From: Candidatus Woesearchaeota archaeon
GTDB lineage: Archaea > Nanobdellota > Nanobdellia > Woesearchaeales > JAFCFN01
Assembly: GCA_017608625.1 (NCBI GenBank)
Contig: JAFCFN010000003.1
Location: 3,068 to 67,067, forward strand
Length of the DNA stretch: 64,000 nucleotides
Direction: 5' to 3'
Shown: positions 9,251 to 19,907 of the stretch, piece by piece
Layout of the letters: each line of letters opens with the position of its first letter
How positions within the stretch are numbered: the first letter of the stretch is position 1
The notes under the pieces: generated by a model
Told to the model about the DNA's origin: nothing
Databases searched by the model: none
The model's input: only the letters and a program-made list of their open reading frames with translations
Program-made: the position numbers and the translations under genes

Positions 9251-10771
9251 ATGAATATAAAGGCTCTAATAGCCAAATTACATCTGTTAGAGAGGCAAGT
9301 ATTACCTGTATTAGACAGATTTAGCTATTTATCAGATATAGCAAGAGCAACTGGCTTAAAAGAGGTTCAAGTAATGAGAGCCTTACAATGGCTCCAGAAT
9401 AAAAAAATCATTACTCTGACTTCTGAAATCAAAGAATTTATTGAACTAGATATAAACGGTAAAAAATATCTAAAAGATGGGCTACCAGAAAGAAGACTAC
9501 TGAATGCACTCAAAAAAGGAGAACTCACAATAAAACAAGCAACAGACAAAGCAAAGCTAACAAAAGAGGAGTTAAATATTTGCTTAGGGATATTAAGACA
9601 AAAAGCAGCCATTTTTATAACAAAAAATAAAGAATTAGTTATAAAATTATTAGATCAAGGTAAAAAATTACTTGAAAAAGAAACAATTGAAGAAAGATTT
9701 CTCAAAAAAGAGTTTCCTGTTGGAATAGAAAGTCTAAAACCAGAAGAAAAACTAGCATTTGAGAATCTGAGAAAAAGGAAAAAGATACTTAAAATAAACA
9801 AGAAAAAAATAAAAAAATGCCAACTTACAGAGTTAGGTAAACAAATTCTGGAATCAGGAATAGAGATAACAGATATAATGGATAGACTGACTCCAGAAAT
9901 GCTAAAAACAGGAAAATGGAGAGAGAAAAAATTCAGACCATATGATATAGCAGTAAATGTTCCTGCTATCTATCCAGGCAAATTACAACACTATCGAGCA
10001 TTTCTTGATGAAGTAAGACAGAAATTCCTTTCTTTAGGTTTTACAGAAATGACAGGTCCTATTGTAGAGACAGACTTCTGGGATATGGATGTCTTATATA
10101 TGCCTCAATTCCACTCTGCTAGAGATATTCATCAAGCATACTATATTAAAGATCCAGAGTATGGAAAACTAGACGAGAAACTAATTAATAGAGTTAAACA
10201 AGCCCATGAAAACGGTTTCAATACTGGATCAAAAGGTTGGCAGTATAAATTTGATGTTAAAAGAACTCACAGACTATTATTAAGAACACAAGGAACAGCA
10301 TGCTCAGCAAGAATGCTTGCTTCCAAGGATCTTAAGATACCTGGAAAATACTTTGGAATTAACAGATGTTTTAGATATGATGTAATTGATGCAACTCACT
10401 TACCTGATTTTACTCAAATAGAAGGGATTGTTGTTGAGGAAGGTCTAAATCTAAGACATTTATTCGGTTTATTAAAATTAATTGCAAAAGAATTTGCAGA
10501 TGCAGAAGAAGTTAAAATTGTTCCAGGATATTTTCCATTTACAGAACCTAGTGCAGAGCTATTTGCAAAGCACCCTGAACTAGGATGGATTGAACTAGGT
10601 GGAGCAGGGATATTCAGACCAGAAGTAACAAAACCTCTCGGCGTAAATGTTCCTGTTATTGCATGGGGTTTAGGCATAGACAGAATAGCAATGTTCAAAC
10701 TTGGTATAAAAGACATAAGAAAGCTCTACTCTCACGATTTAGAATTTTTAAGAAAATCTAAACTGCCATAA
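9251..10771 (+). CDS. pheS: Phenylalanine-tRNA ligase alpha subunit (archaeal type)
   Basis: PQFHSARD, FRYDVIDATH, YFPFTEPS, WGLGIDR. Confidence 0.96.
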   Translation: MNIKALIAKLHLLERQVLPVLDRFSYLSDIARATGLKEVQVMRALQWLQNKKIITLTSEIKEFIELDINGKKYLKDGLPERRLLNALKKGELTIKQATDKAKLTKEELNICLGILRQKAAIFITKNKELVIKLLDQGKKLLEKETIEERFLKKEFPVGIESLKPEEKLAFENLRKRKKILKINKKKIKKCQLTELGKQILESGIEITDIMDRLTPEMLKTGKWREKKFRPYDIAVNVPAIYPGKLQHYRAFLDEVRQKFLSLGFTEMTGPIVETDFWDMDVLYMPQFHSARDIHQAYYIKDPEYGKLDEKLINRVKQAHENGFNTGSKGWQYKFDVKRTHRLLLRTQGTACSARMLASKDLKIPGKYFGINRCFRYDVIDATHLPDFTQIEGIVVEEGLNLRHLFGLLKLIAKEFADAEEVKIVPGYFPFTEPSAELFAKHPELGWIELGGAGIFRPEVTKPLGVNVPVIAWGLGIDRIAMFKLGIKDIRKLYSHDLEFLRKSKLP

Positions 10772-10772
10772 A

Positions 10773-12431
10773 ATGCCAACAATAAACTTTAGCTTAAAAG
10801 ATTTGCAGCTTTTAATTAGAAAAAAAGCTAGCATAGAAGAATTAAGAGAACTATTAACTTATTGCAAAGCAGAGCTTGACGACTATGATAAAACAACAGA
10901 TGAAGTTAGTGTTTCACTTGCCGACACAAATCAGCCTTATTTATGGAGTGTAGAAGGAATAGCAAGATTGCTTAAAGGAGTTCTTGGAAAAGAAAAAGGC
11001 ATACCGAAACTAAAGATAAACAAATCAAGTTATAAATTAATTGTTGACAGCTCTATCAAAGAAGTCAGACCTTATATAGCTGCTTTTGTTGCAAAAGGAA
11101 AAAAGATATCTGACTATTTATTAAAACAAATTATACAGTTACAAGAAAAATTATCAGAGAATTATGGTCAGAGAAGACAAAAACTGGCAATAGGCGTTTA
11201 TCCTTTAAGCAAAATAAAATTCCCAATCTATTATAAAGCAATACTACCAGACTCAATCTCGTTTGTTCCTTTAGATTTCAAAAAAGAAATGACTCCACAA
11301 GAAATCTTAGAAGAACATCCAAAAGGGCAAGAATATAGTTACATACTTAAGGACTATAAAAAATATCCTATTTTAATTGACTCAGAAAAAAATGTTCTTT
11401 CATTCCCTCCAGTAATTAATTCTGCTGAAACAGGAAAAATAGAAGAAGATGAGCAAGAATTGTTTTTTGAAGCAACTGGAACAGATCTAAATACTGTTTT
11501 ATTAGCTGCGAATATATTTGCCCAAGCATTATACGATAGAGGCTTCACAATCTATTCAGTAGCTATTAATTATAAGAACAAAAGGATTTTAACACCAAAA
11601 CCATTTAATGAAAACATTAAAATCAAAAAACAAGATGTAGAAAATATTTTAGGATTAAAGCTAAAAGACTTTGAAATTAAGACATTACTGGAAAAAGCAA
11701 GATACAAATTTCAGAATTACAAAGTTCTAATTCCAGATTATAGACAAGATATTATGCATCCTGTTGATGTTATAGAAGATATAGCAATAATGTATGGATA
11801 TTCAAACATAAAAGATTCTCCTCTTAAAACTTACACTCCTGGAAACACATTTGATATAGTAAAATTTAGAAACAAAGCAAGACAACTAATAATTGGACAA
11901 GGATTCCAAGAAATTTTTTCTCCAATTCTATCAAATAAAAATTTATTGTACACTAAAATGAATACAAAAGATTTTGGAACAATTGAGGTTAAAGAATATA
12001 TGTCAGAAACCTATTCATGTGTTAGAACGTGGTTAATACCAATTTTAATGGATGTATTAGCAAAAAACAAACATATCTCTTATCCACAAAAGATCTTTGA
12101 ACAAGGTCTTGTTACAGTTAAGAAATTTGATAAAATAACTGATTTTGAAAGATTAGCAGCATTAATAGCATCTGATAAAGCAGATTATACAAGAGCAAGA
12201 CAAAGCATAGATGCATTATTTAGAGCATTAGGAATAGGGTATGAGATAGAAGAAACAGAGCATTCATCATTTATTAAAGGAAGAGTTGGAAGAGTAATTG
12301 TAAATGGAAAAAAAGTAGCATTTGTTGGAGAAATCTCACCAAAAGTTCTGGAAAACTTTGCATTATTAGTACCAGTTGCTGGTTTTGAGCTAAATCTAAC
12401 TGAATTATTCGAGGCTATTAAGAATAAATGA
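10773..12431 (+). CDS. pheT: Phenylalanine-tRNA ligase beta subunit
   Basis: MPTI start, SFPPVINS, RQDIMHPVDVIEDIAI. Confidence 0.96.
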   Translation: MPTINFSLKDLQLLIRKKASIEELRELLTYCKAELDDYDKTTDEVSVSLADTNQPYLWSVEGIARLLKGVLGKEKGIPKLKINKSSYKLIVDSSIKEVRPYIAAFVAKGKKISDYLLKQIIQLQEKLSENYGQRRQKLAIGVYPLSKIKFPIYYKAILPDSISFVPLDFKKEMTPQEILEEHPKGQEYSYILKDYKKYPILIDSEKNVLSFPPVINSAETGKIEEDEQELFFEATGTDLNTVLLAANIFAQALYDRGFTIYSVAINYKNKRILTPKPFNENIKIKKQDVENILGLKLKDFEIKTLLEKARYKFQNYKVLIPDYRQDIMHPVDVIEDIAIMYGYSNIKDSPLKTYTPGNTFDIVKFRNKARQLIIGQGFQEIFSPILSNKNLLYTKMNTKDFGTIEVKEYMSETYSCVRTWLIPILMDVLAKNKHISYPQKIFEQGLVTVKKFDKITDFERLAALIASDKADYTRARQSIDALFRALGIGYEIEETEHSSFIKGRVGRVIVNGKKVAFVGEISPKVLENFALLVPVAGFELNLTELFEAIKNK

Positions 12432-13246
12432 ATAAACAACCAAAAATAGGTCTTGTTCTAGGAGGGGGAGGGGCTAAAGGTCTAGCTAGTATAGGAGTTC
12501 TAAATGTTTTACTAAGCAAGAAAATTCCAATCCATTGTGTTGCTGGAACAAGCATAGGATCACTTATTGGTGCATACTACGCAATAAATTTGGAAGTTAA
12601 AACTTTAGAAGATTTAGTAAACAAAATGAACAAAAAAGATTTTATTAAACTTATTGATTTAACCTCTCCTAAAAAATCATTGATAGGTGGCAGAAAAATC
12701 AAAAGATTTCTTAAAAAGATTATCAATAAAAAATACTTTTCTGATACAAAAATACCTCTCACAATCGTTGCTACTGATCTAAGAACTGGTAAAGAAATTA
12801 GACTAAAGAAAGGAAAATTAATAGACGCTATTATGGCAAGTATTAGCATACCTGGAATTTTCCCTCCATACAAAATTAATGATAGATTATTAGTAGATGG
12901 GGGGATTTCGAATCCAACACCGATTGATGTTATTGATGAAATGGGAGCAGACATAATTATTGCAGTTGATTTTACACTACCAGAAAAAATAAAGCTAAGA
13001 TCCCCAACAATTATTGATACTGTAATGAGAAGCTTTGAAATTCTTAGAGGACAAACAGCAAAATTAAGAATGCTTGAAGTAAAAAGAGATTTTATTCTAA
13101 TAAAACCAAAGTTGAGCACAGAATCCAAGTTTATAAGATATGATTTAGCAAAAGATTTCATGAAACAAGGAGAATTAGCAGCAAAGAAAATCTTACCAAA
13201 GATACAAAAAGCATTAAACAAATATTTTGAAAATAAAAAGAAATGA
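12428..13246 (+). CDS. Patatin-like phospholipase
   Basis: GGGGAKG, GTSIG (GxSxG), DGG. Confidence 0.92.
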   Translation: MNKQPKIGLVLGGGGAKGLASIGVLNVLLSKKIPIHCVAGTSIGSLIGAYYAINLEVKTLEDLVNKMNKKDFIKLIDLTSPKKSLIGGRKIKRFLKKIINKKYFSDTKIPLTIVATDLRTGKEIRLKKGKLIDAIMASISIPGIFPPYKINDRLLVDGGISNPTPIDVIDEMGADIIIAVDFTLPEKIKLRSPTIIDTVMRSFEILRGQTAKLRMLEVKRDFILIKPKLSTESKFIRYDLAKDFMKQGELAAKKILPKIQKALNKYFENKKK

Positions 13247-13253
13247 GATATAT

Positions 13254-13646
13254 CTAAGTTTTTTTCTCTTTTTTAATCTCTTCTTTCTTCTCTACCTTTT
13301 CTTTAACTTCTTTTTTAACTTTTGTTTCTTTCTCAGGTTTCTCTTCTTTTACTTTTTCTTTCTTCTTCCTCTGCTTAACAGGTTTAGGAGGTTTCTCCTT
13401 TTTTGGTTTTGTTTCTTTAATCTCTATTCCTAATTTCTTAAATTCAGTAACAACCTCTTCATGACTTGCACCTTTACTTATTTTAACAACTTGCTCTAAA
13501 GGTTCAATATGCTTAATATTACACTTTCTTCTTCTTACTTGACCATCTATTAAAACATAATTATCATCAAGTATATCAATTATAATTCCCTTTAATCCAG
13601 CATCTCTTCCAGCTATTTTAACAACCAATCTTCCTATCTCAATCAT
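13254..13646 (-). CDS. rpl14e: 50S ribosomal protein L14e with Lys/Glu-rich tail
   Basis: IGRLVVKIAGRDAG...VRRRKCNIKHIEP. Confidence 0.93.
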   Translation of the reverse strand: MIEIGRLVVKIAGRDAGLKGIIIDILDDNYVLIDGQVRRRKCNIKHIEPLEQVVKISKGASHEEVVTEFKKLGIEIKETKPKKEKPPKPVKQRKKKEKVKEEKPEKETKVKKEVKEKVEKKEEIKKEKKT

Positions 13647-13954
13647 GTTCTCACTTTCTCTTTAATTATCTCTCTCATGCATGCCCCACAATAGTACCCT
13701 CCAAAAGGTCTGGTAGGCCTTTTTTTTGTCTTTGCCATATTTCTCATTTTATAAGGTCTCTCTCTTGGAACACCATGCAACATTTTACCGCATCTTGCAC
13801 ATCTAGCTTTATTAGGCTTTCTTTTCTTGAAATGAACAACTGTTCTACCACCAGGAGTTCTAACAAACACTCTTTTAAAAGTCTTTGATTTAAGCTTTCT
13901 TGGTTCACCTTTTCTTAAGATTCTACTTTTGCCTTTTGATTTTTTCCCAACCAT
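13643..13954 (-). CDS. rpl34e: 50S ribosomal protein L34e
   Basis: VRTPGG, CARCG, RPFGGYYCGAC. Confidence 0.93.
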   Translation of the reverse strand: MVGKKSKGKSRILRKGEPRKLKSKTFKRVFVRTPGGRTVVHFKKRKPNKARCARCGKMLHGVPRERPYKMRNMAKTKKRPTRPFGGYYCGACMREIIKEKVRT

Positions 13955-14701
13955 TTAGTACAACCTCATTAATTTTCTTAATAAAATGCTTATAACAATT
14001 GAAAATATGATATAACTGCCTAGCCAGCCTATTTTCCATCCAAATAAATTTAAAACAACAATCTTTTTATACCCTATTTCAATTGATTTAACAACACTAT
14101 TTTTAAATTTTTTTATTGGATCCTTATAACCATAATTGTTATTTATTAAAATATCAATAGTATAGGGCTTATCATTATATCTGTACTCTAATGTCCACTC
14201 TCCTTCTTCTCCTTTCAATTTCCAGCTAACTTTATCATTAACAATGGCCTTAGTTTTATTCCCTATTACTTCAATTCCATCAGGAACAACGATTGTTACT
14301 TCTCCTCCTGTTCCTTCAACAAAATTGATTGTTGTATTAAACTCTTCACCAGGTGTGATTGGATAATAAGCCATTGTTGAACTTAACCAGCCAAAAATAA
14401 TTATAATTGGGATTAGTGTGATAAAAGTTGGTTTTATACTATGGCTCATAATCTTAAACTGCTTTTCCATCATTTCTTTCTGTATCTCAAGCATTTTTTT
14501 AGGATCCTCTTTAAATTGCTTGATATCAGCTTGTAGCTTCTTCACTTCTTCTTTTAGCTTTTTCATCATTTCTTGATCTGTCATAAATTTGTAAACCAAA
14601 GTAATAAAAAAAGTAATTACTAGAGAAATAATTAGAATGGGCCATGGCTGACTTAATTTTAATACTGGTCCGAAAATTGAGTTAAAAAAAGATGTAAGCA
14701 T
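13955..14701 (-). CDS. DUF106 / EMC3-TMCO1 (Oxa1 superfamily) membrane protein
   Basis: TM-coiled coil-TM layout, GWLGSYIIFS, conserved position next to secY. Confidence 0.85.
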   Translation of the reverse strand: MLTSFFNSIFGPVLKLSQPWPILIISLVITFFITLVYKFMTDQEMMKKLKEEVKKLQADIKQFKEDPKKMLEIQKEMMEKQFKIMSHSIKPTFITLIPIIIIFGWLSSTMAYYPITPGEEFNTTINFVEGTGGEVTIVVPDGIEVIGNKTKAIVNDKVSWKLKGEEGEWTLEYRYNDKPYTIDILINNNYGYKDPIKKFKNSVVKSIEIGYKKIVVLNLFGWKIGWLGSYIIFSIVISILLRKLMRLY

Positions 14702-14702
14702 T

Positions 14703-16094
14703 TTAAACCTGCATAAACTTTCTCATCATAGGATACATATCATACATGTGCTGCTTGGCTATCTCTTCATACAACCTATAAATAATCATAACAGTCAACA
14801 ATATTCCTGTACCTCTGCTTAATGCTCCACTTAAATCAGCCATAGCAGCTAAAAACCCTACTAATAAAGCACCCATTATTGTTAATGGCCATATATACCT
14901 ATTCAGCAATCTCTCTAAAACTCTTTCATCTCTTCTAAAACCAGGTATTTGTAAACCAGAAGCCATAATATTTCTTGCCTGACTTTTTGCATCCATCCCT
15001 GCTGTTTGTACCCAAAATATACTAAATATTACACAACCAACTAACATAAAGCCTACATAAACTAAACTATGCCATATATCAGGCCAAGTCAAAGAACCTT
15101 TTATTATCTTTCCAATAAGATCAGGAGAATAAATCCATGCAACCAGGCCTGTTGCAGGCCTATTTCCTACGAAAGTTCCTAAAATAGGTTTGCCCCAGTT
15201 CTGCAACAATCTTGCCCATAACTGTATATTTGCCATTAAAGCAGCAACCAAAATAACAGGAATATTAGATGTGTAAATAAAATTCAAAGGCCACCTTACA
15301 CCATAACCTCTTATCCTCCCAAAACTTAAAGGTATCTCTACCTTCATTGCTTGACCATAAACAGCAATCACAAAAACAAGTACTGTTGCCAAAACAGCAG
15401 CTAACATCAACCCTGCTGTCAAAGGATCACCAGCAGACAGACTTTGAAATAAAGCAGGTATTGCACCTGTTGCTATACTCGGGTTAGTAGGAGAAGGCAA
15501 CCATGAAAACGCTCTGATAAAAATTTCCTCAGAAACACCAGCTGCAATAAACAAACTAACACCAGAACCAAAACCCCACTTGCTAATAACTTCATCCATA
15601 AACAATATTAACACCCCTCCTAAAAATAACTGAAAAACCAAAATCAATTGTAATTGCAAATACAAAAAAGTGCCTGCAAATTTAGGATCAGGAGCCAGAC
15701 CACCCATAAACACATAGATTACTGCTTCAAAAACAATGAAAAATATTGCTAATAGCTTTTGCAAACCTTGAAAAGTTCTTCTTCCTTCTGGAGAAGTTAA
15801 ATCCATCTTTACTATACCAGACCCAACTAATAACTGCAAAATAATACTCGCTGTTACAATGGGTCCGATACCTAAACTAATTAAACTTCCAAATTTAGCA
15901 CCTAAAATAATACTTAAATACTCAAACCTCTGCAAAGCATTAGCTCCTAAACCAAACAAAGGAATCAAACTAAGAACAAAAAATATAACTAGAATCAAAA
16001 GAGTCCATTTTAATTTCTCTTTAAAAGATAATCTTTTCTCCTTAGGTTTAGCAACCTCTGGGAGATTCATTAACAAATTTCTGAATAGACTCAT
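14703..16094 (-). CDS. secY: Preprotein translocase SecY
   Basis: LGIGPIVTASIILQLL, KWGFGSGVSLFIA, YTSNIPVIL, IPGFR. Confidence 0.97.
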   Translation of the reverse strand: MSLFRNLLMNLPEVAKPKEKRLSFKEKLKWTLLILVIFFVLSLIPLFGLGANALQRFEYLSIILGAKFGSLISLGIGPIVTASIILQLLVGSGIVKMDLTSPEGRRTFQGLQKLLAIFFIVFEAVIYVFMGGLAPDPKFAGTFLYLQLQLILVFQLFLGGVLILFMDEVISKWGFGSGVSLFIAAGVSEEIFIRAFSWLPSPTNPSIATGAIPALFQSLSAGDPLTAGLMLAAVLATVLVFVIAVYGQAMKVEIPLSFGRIRGYGVRWPLNFIYTSNIPVILVAALMANIQLWARLLQNWGKPILGTFVGNRPATGLVAWIYSPDLIGKIIKGSLTWPDIWHSLVYVGFMLVGCVIFSIFWVQTAGMDAKSQARNIMASGLQIPGFRRDERVLERLLNRYIWPLTIMGALLVGFLAAMADLSGALSRGTGILLTVMIIYRLYEEIAKQHMYDMYPMMRKFMQV

Positions 16095-16540
16095 TTTTCT
16101 TTAGTCAGAATAACCTCTCCACCAACTTTCTTTATCATTTCTATTACTTTAGCAGAAGCAAGCTCTGTTTTAATTTTAAATTTCTTTGTAACCTTGCCTT
16201 CAGAAAGCAATTTATTAAAACCTAATTCCTTTAAATCAACAACATAATAATCATCTTCCTTTTTTATTTTATTTTCTGATAATAACCTGTCAAAATTCTC
16301 TTCAAAAAATCGAATATTAATAGGTTTAACTTCTTTTTTAATTCCTTTTTTCTTAAACCCTTTTTTTCCAAAATGTCTTTCTTTCCAGTAAGAAGGTTTT
16401 TTTTGATCAGCTCTTTTGCCAGTTCCAGCCTTGCCTCTACCACCCCTGTTTCCAGCTCCTCTATGCTTTTTCATCTCACCCCATCCATGGGTTTTGCTTC
16501 CTCTCTGCCTTGAAACCTTTTTTCTTCTGTTAACTACCAT
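16091..16540 (-). CDS. rpl15: 50S ribosomal protein L15
   Basis: RGSKTHGWG...RGAGNRGGRGKAG. Confidence 0.95.
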   Translation of the reverse strand: MVVNRRKKVSRQRGSKTHGWGEMKKHRGAGNRGGRGKAGTGKRADQKKPSYWKERHFGKKGFKKKGIKKEVKPINIRFFEENFDRLLSENKIKKEDDYYVVDLKELGFNKLLSEGKVTKKFKIKTELASAKVIEMIKKVGGEVILTKEK

Positions 16541-16541
16541 T

Positions 16542-16970
16542 TTACACCATCTTCTTTATCAACTCATTAATTTTATCTCCTCTATAACCTAATGCACCTC
16601 CTACAGAGAAAGGTATCTTGATCCCTTTTCTCTCAAACCCTCCTTTAGGATTATTCAGCCTGAAAAAAGGTTTATACTTCTTACCATTATAAACAACAAA
16701 TTTTTTATATTGTATTTTTCCTTTACTGTCTTTTATTCTTCCTTTATACTCTTCTCCTCTTTTTTCAAATAATAATTTCTCAGTTTCATCGTCTATTTCC
16801 CCATAAGTGACATAATCCTTCACCTTTTTAATCATCCCAATATAACTAGATGAATCAGGCACAATAACACAAAAATTCTTTTTATATAATCTAAGTACGT
16901 TTAAAGTATCTTTAATTTCTTTTCTAATTCCAACTAACCCTCTTATTCTGATTATAGCTATTTTTTTCAT
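16542..16970 (-). CDS. rpl30: 50S ribosomal protein L30
   Basis: IIRIRG, FRLNNPKGG, GYRGDKINELI. Confidence 0.95.
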   Translation of the reverse strand: MKKIAIIRIRGLVGIRKEIKDTLNVLRLYKKNFCVIVPDSSSYIGMIKKVKDYVTYGEIDDETEKLLFEKRGEEYKGRIKDSKGKIQYKKFVVYNGKKYKPFFRLNNPKGGFERKGIKIPFSVGGALGYRGDKINELIKKMV

Positions 16971-17770
16971 GTTTTAGCAAACCCCTCAACAACACCTGCT
17001 TCATTTATAAAGTCAGATTTGACTTTTATTTCCATAAGTTTTTTTAATGCATTGAAACATGCATAAATTAAATTTAATTTAGTTTTTGCTCTTCTTAACT
17101 GTTTTGACCACACATCTTTAATTCCAGCCAACCTAAGAATTTTCTGACATTCTTTCTCTACAACTAATCCGCTACCTTTTGGAGCAGGCATCAGCATCAA
17201 AACAGCAGACCCACTCTTACCTTCAACACTAAAAGGTAAAGTATGAGGCTCCTTACAACCACATTCCCAACTTCCACATCCTCTTCTTATTTTAATAATG
17301 TTTAATTTAGCCCTTCTTATGGCTTTTTCTCTTGCAGGAACAGTTTCTTTAGCTTTACCAATTCCTATTCCTACAAAACCATCTTTATTTCCAACAACAG
17401 CCAAAGTTGCAAATCTTGGTTTGTTTCCTTCACTAGTTTTCTTCTGAGTCTGTCTGAATATTCTTCTCTGTCCACCACCAAATTTACCCTTAGCTTGTCC
17501 AATTAAAAGTAATTCAGTTTCTAAATTAGGTAATAAAGCATCTACAATTTCAGCTTCTTTAATTTTTATACCACTATCTAAAATTTGATCAATATTTTTG
17601 ATAATACCCTCTTTTACTTTTTTACCTGTCACTGTTTTAGGTTGCCATGACTCTTTATCAAATCCACTTTTAACAACCTTTTTCTCCTTTTCTTCAGCAA
17701 TTTCCTCTGCTTCTTGCTCAAGCTCTCTTTTACTTTCTTCATTATTTGGCAGTTTCTTTTTTCTCTGCAT
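16967..17770 (-). CDS. rps5: 30S ribosomal protein S5
   Basis: WQPKT, RRGCGSWECGC, PAPKG. Confidence 0.95.
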   Translation of the reverse strand: MQRKKKLPNNEESKRELEQEAEEIAEEKEKKVVKSGFDKESWQPKTVTGKKVKEGIIKNIDQILDSGIKIKEAEIVDALLPNLETELLLIGQAKGKFGGGQRRIFRQTQKKTSEGNKPRFATLAVVGNKDGFVGIGIGKAKETVPAREKAIRRAKLNIIKIRRGCGSWECGCKEPHTLPFSVEGKSGSAVLMLMPAPKGSGLVVEKECQKILRLAGIKDVWSKQLRRAKTKLNLIYACFNALKKLMEIKVKSDFINEAGVVEGFAKT

Positions 17771-18348
17771 TATTTCTCACCCACAATCTTTTTCTTAACT
17801 TCATCAAAAATAAGGGGAATATTCTCAACATCAATATTATTTTTAATATGCCCAGAGAATATTTTATCAAATTTACTTTCTTTCTTTAACTTAATTGCAT
17901 AGTCAGATATATGCTTCCCTCTGATTCTTTCATCAGGAGGGAGTATAGATTGATCACAAATTACATCTAAACCAGCATCTAAACATCCTTTTAAAGCAGC
18001 ACATATTCTTCCTCCTTTTATCATTTTAGCCAAACCTAAATCCAACACTATTCTACCAAATTTTTTATTCATTGCTTTTTTACCAAGCAAGAATCCTGTT
18101 AAATAAGCAGCAGGCATATTAGATCTTGAGCATTTCCATCCAAACTTTTCCAATTCCTTACTTGATGCAGATACTAGTACTTTATCTCCTTTAGGATTAT
18201 ATTCTATAATCTGAGTAATAATATTCTTTGATGATCTTCTTATAACTAATCTTAGCATACCTCCTTGTAGTAATTTAAGTCTCTTCTTATAATTGGTTTT
18301 ACCTTCTCTTTTCCTTCTAAACTGAGCACTACGTATTTTTGATTTCAT
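17770..18348 (-). CDS. rpl18: 50S ribosomal protein L18
   Basis: RRKREGKTNYKKR, NMPAAYLTG. Confidence 0.95.
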   Translation of the reverse strand: MKSKIRSAQFRRKREGKTNYKKRLKLLQGGMLRLVIRRSSKNIITQIIEYNPKGDKVLVSASSKELEKFGWKCSRSNMPAAYLTGFLLGKKAMNKKFGRIVLDLGLAKMIKGGRICAALKGCLDAGLDVICDQSILPPDERIRGKHISDYAIKLKKESKFDKIFSGHIKNNIDVENIPLIFDEVKKKIVGEK

Positions 18349-18782
18349 TTTTTAAGACCCTCAAGATACAACTTAATATGCCTCTTACTTCTGAAAAATC
18401 CACCTTTACTTTTTAGATATAATTGCTTATAAAGTCCTTTGCTTATCTTGCCTTTATCTCTCAACTCCTTCAAAAACTCTCTTTGAATTCTGATCCTGTT
18501 AATCCACGCTCTTTTTTTGCTTAATCTTGCTGTTTCTTTACCTTTCCTCCTACCTTCTCCTTTCCTCCTACCTTTCCTTTTTTGCCTTTTTCTCTTCCTC
18601 ACCCAAAATTTTGATGTAGCCTTAAGCGGCTTAGCTTTGATTGCTCCAGCTTTTATTAAAGCTTTTATATCACGTTTTGTTATAGCTTCCTTTATCTCTG
18701 ATAATCTTGTTGGATCAAACCATACTCTATCTATACCAACTTTCAAAATTTCAGCTGCAATCCGCTTTTGGCCATTTACCAT
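18345..18782 (-). CDS. rpl19e: 50S ribosomal protein L19e
   Basis: QKRIAAEILKVG..RVW, LYLKSKGGFF. Confidence 0.95.
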   Translation of the reverse strand: MVNGQKRIAAEILKVGIDRVWFDPTRLSEIKEAITKRDIKALIKAGAIKAKPLKATSKFWVRKRKRQKRKGRRKGEGRRKGKETARLSKKRAWINRIRIQREFLKELRDKGKISKGLYKQLYLKSKGGFFRSKRHIKLYLEGLKK

Positions 18783-18786
18783 TTTT

Positions 18787-19356
18787 TTATACTTTTTTTG
18801 TTAATACTTTATCCTTCTCCTCCTTTTCCCTTTTCCTTCTCTCTTCATCACTCAATTTTTCCTTCTTTTTTTCAATAACTTTCTTTTCTTCTTTTTTCTC
18901 CACTACTTTTTCTTTGTTGATTTTCTCTTTCTCTTTCTTTTCCTTCATTTTTCCTTCAAGTTTCTTAATATAATCATCAGCATTCTTAATATTCAATATT
19001 TTTATACCAGACTTAATAGCCTCTTTAATTATCGCAATCCTTTTTTTATTTCCAACTGATTTAGCAATAACTATTCCTTCATTTTTATTATCAATTTTAC
19101 TTAAATCTTCAACTCGTCTAACTAACACTTGTTTTAAACCCTCTTTACTTAAGCCTCTTACAGCTTTTGGAAATTTATAACCTATCTGAATCTTTTTGCC
19201 AGCACCTTTTAAATTAAGCCTCAATTTGCTTTGATGACCTCTTGGTTTTTTCCATCTCTTTTCAAGCCTAATTTTTTTATGAGCATCTTGTCTAATGAAA
19301 ACGGGTTTCTTTTTCTTCAGACTTTCTCTTAATTTTAGTAGCTCTGTTTTAATCAT
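18787..19356 (-). CDS. rpl32e: 50S ribosomal protein L32e with charged C-terminal extension
   Basis: KPVFIRQD, WKKPRG. Confidence 0.93.
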   Translation of the reverse strand: MIKTELLKLRESLKKKKPVFIRQDAHKKIRLEKRWKKPRGHQSKLRLNLKGAGKKIQIGYKFPKAVRGLSKEGLKQVLVRRVEDLSKIDNKNEGIVIAKSVGNKKRIAIIKEAIKSGIKILNIKNADDYIKKLEGKMKEKKEKEKINKEKVVEKKEEKKVIEKKKEKLSDEERRKREKEEKDKVLTKKV

Positions 19357-19907
19357 TCTAATTCCTTACCTGCTTTTTCTATAATATAAATTCCATCCTG
19401 AAAAATTCTTCTATCATATTTTGTTCTTCTTGTTAATTTTTCAATGTCAGCAGCTACTTGTCCGGCAATTTCTTTATTAACAGATTCAACCGTTATTATA
19501 TCTCCATCAACTTTAACTGTAGCACCTTCTTTTAGTTTTAATTTTCTAGGAACCTTCTCTCCAAAAAAATTTTTAACAATAAGCTCCCCGTTACTTATGC
19601 TAACATTCATTGGAAAATGGCTTGAACAAATTTTTAACTTATATACATAACCTTCTTTAACTCCTAGAAGGATATTTTTAACATGTGCTTTGAAAGTTCC
19701 AAGAATTGCTTTTTCTCTTTTTGTTACCTCTTTACAACTAATTACAACATTTTTATTTTCTACACTAATATTTACTCCTGGATAAACTAACTTTCTTGTC
19801 ATTTCTCCTTTAGGACCCTTCGCATAGATTACATTATTCTCTATCTTAACTTCAACATCTTCAGGTATGCTAATGATTTCCTTAACCATTTCAGATTTCC
19901 TTACCAT
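19353..19907 (-). CDS. rpl6: 50S ribosomal protein L6 (start placed at the ATG overlapping the rps8 stop)
   Basis: SHFPM, NFFGEK, DRRIFQDGIYI. Confidence 0.93.
   Translation of the reverse strand: MVRKSEMVKEIISIPEDVEVKIENNVIYAKGPKGEMTRKLVYPGVNISVENKNVVISCKEVTKREKAILGTFKAHVKNILLGVKEGYVYKLKICSSHFPMNVSISNGELIVKNFFGEKVPRKLKLKEGATVKVDGDIITVESVNKEIAGQVAADIEKLTRRTKYDRRIFQDGIYIIEKAGKELE

Noticed and set aside
12577..13221. Long antisense ORFs in the track (e.g. 12577-13221, 20506-20985, 21377-21841, 22160-22675, 31915-32349, 56958-57437)
   Set aside because: They shadow well-identified genes on the opposite strand and have the Phe/Ser/Leu-rich composition expected from reverse-complemented Lys/Glu codons
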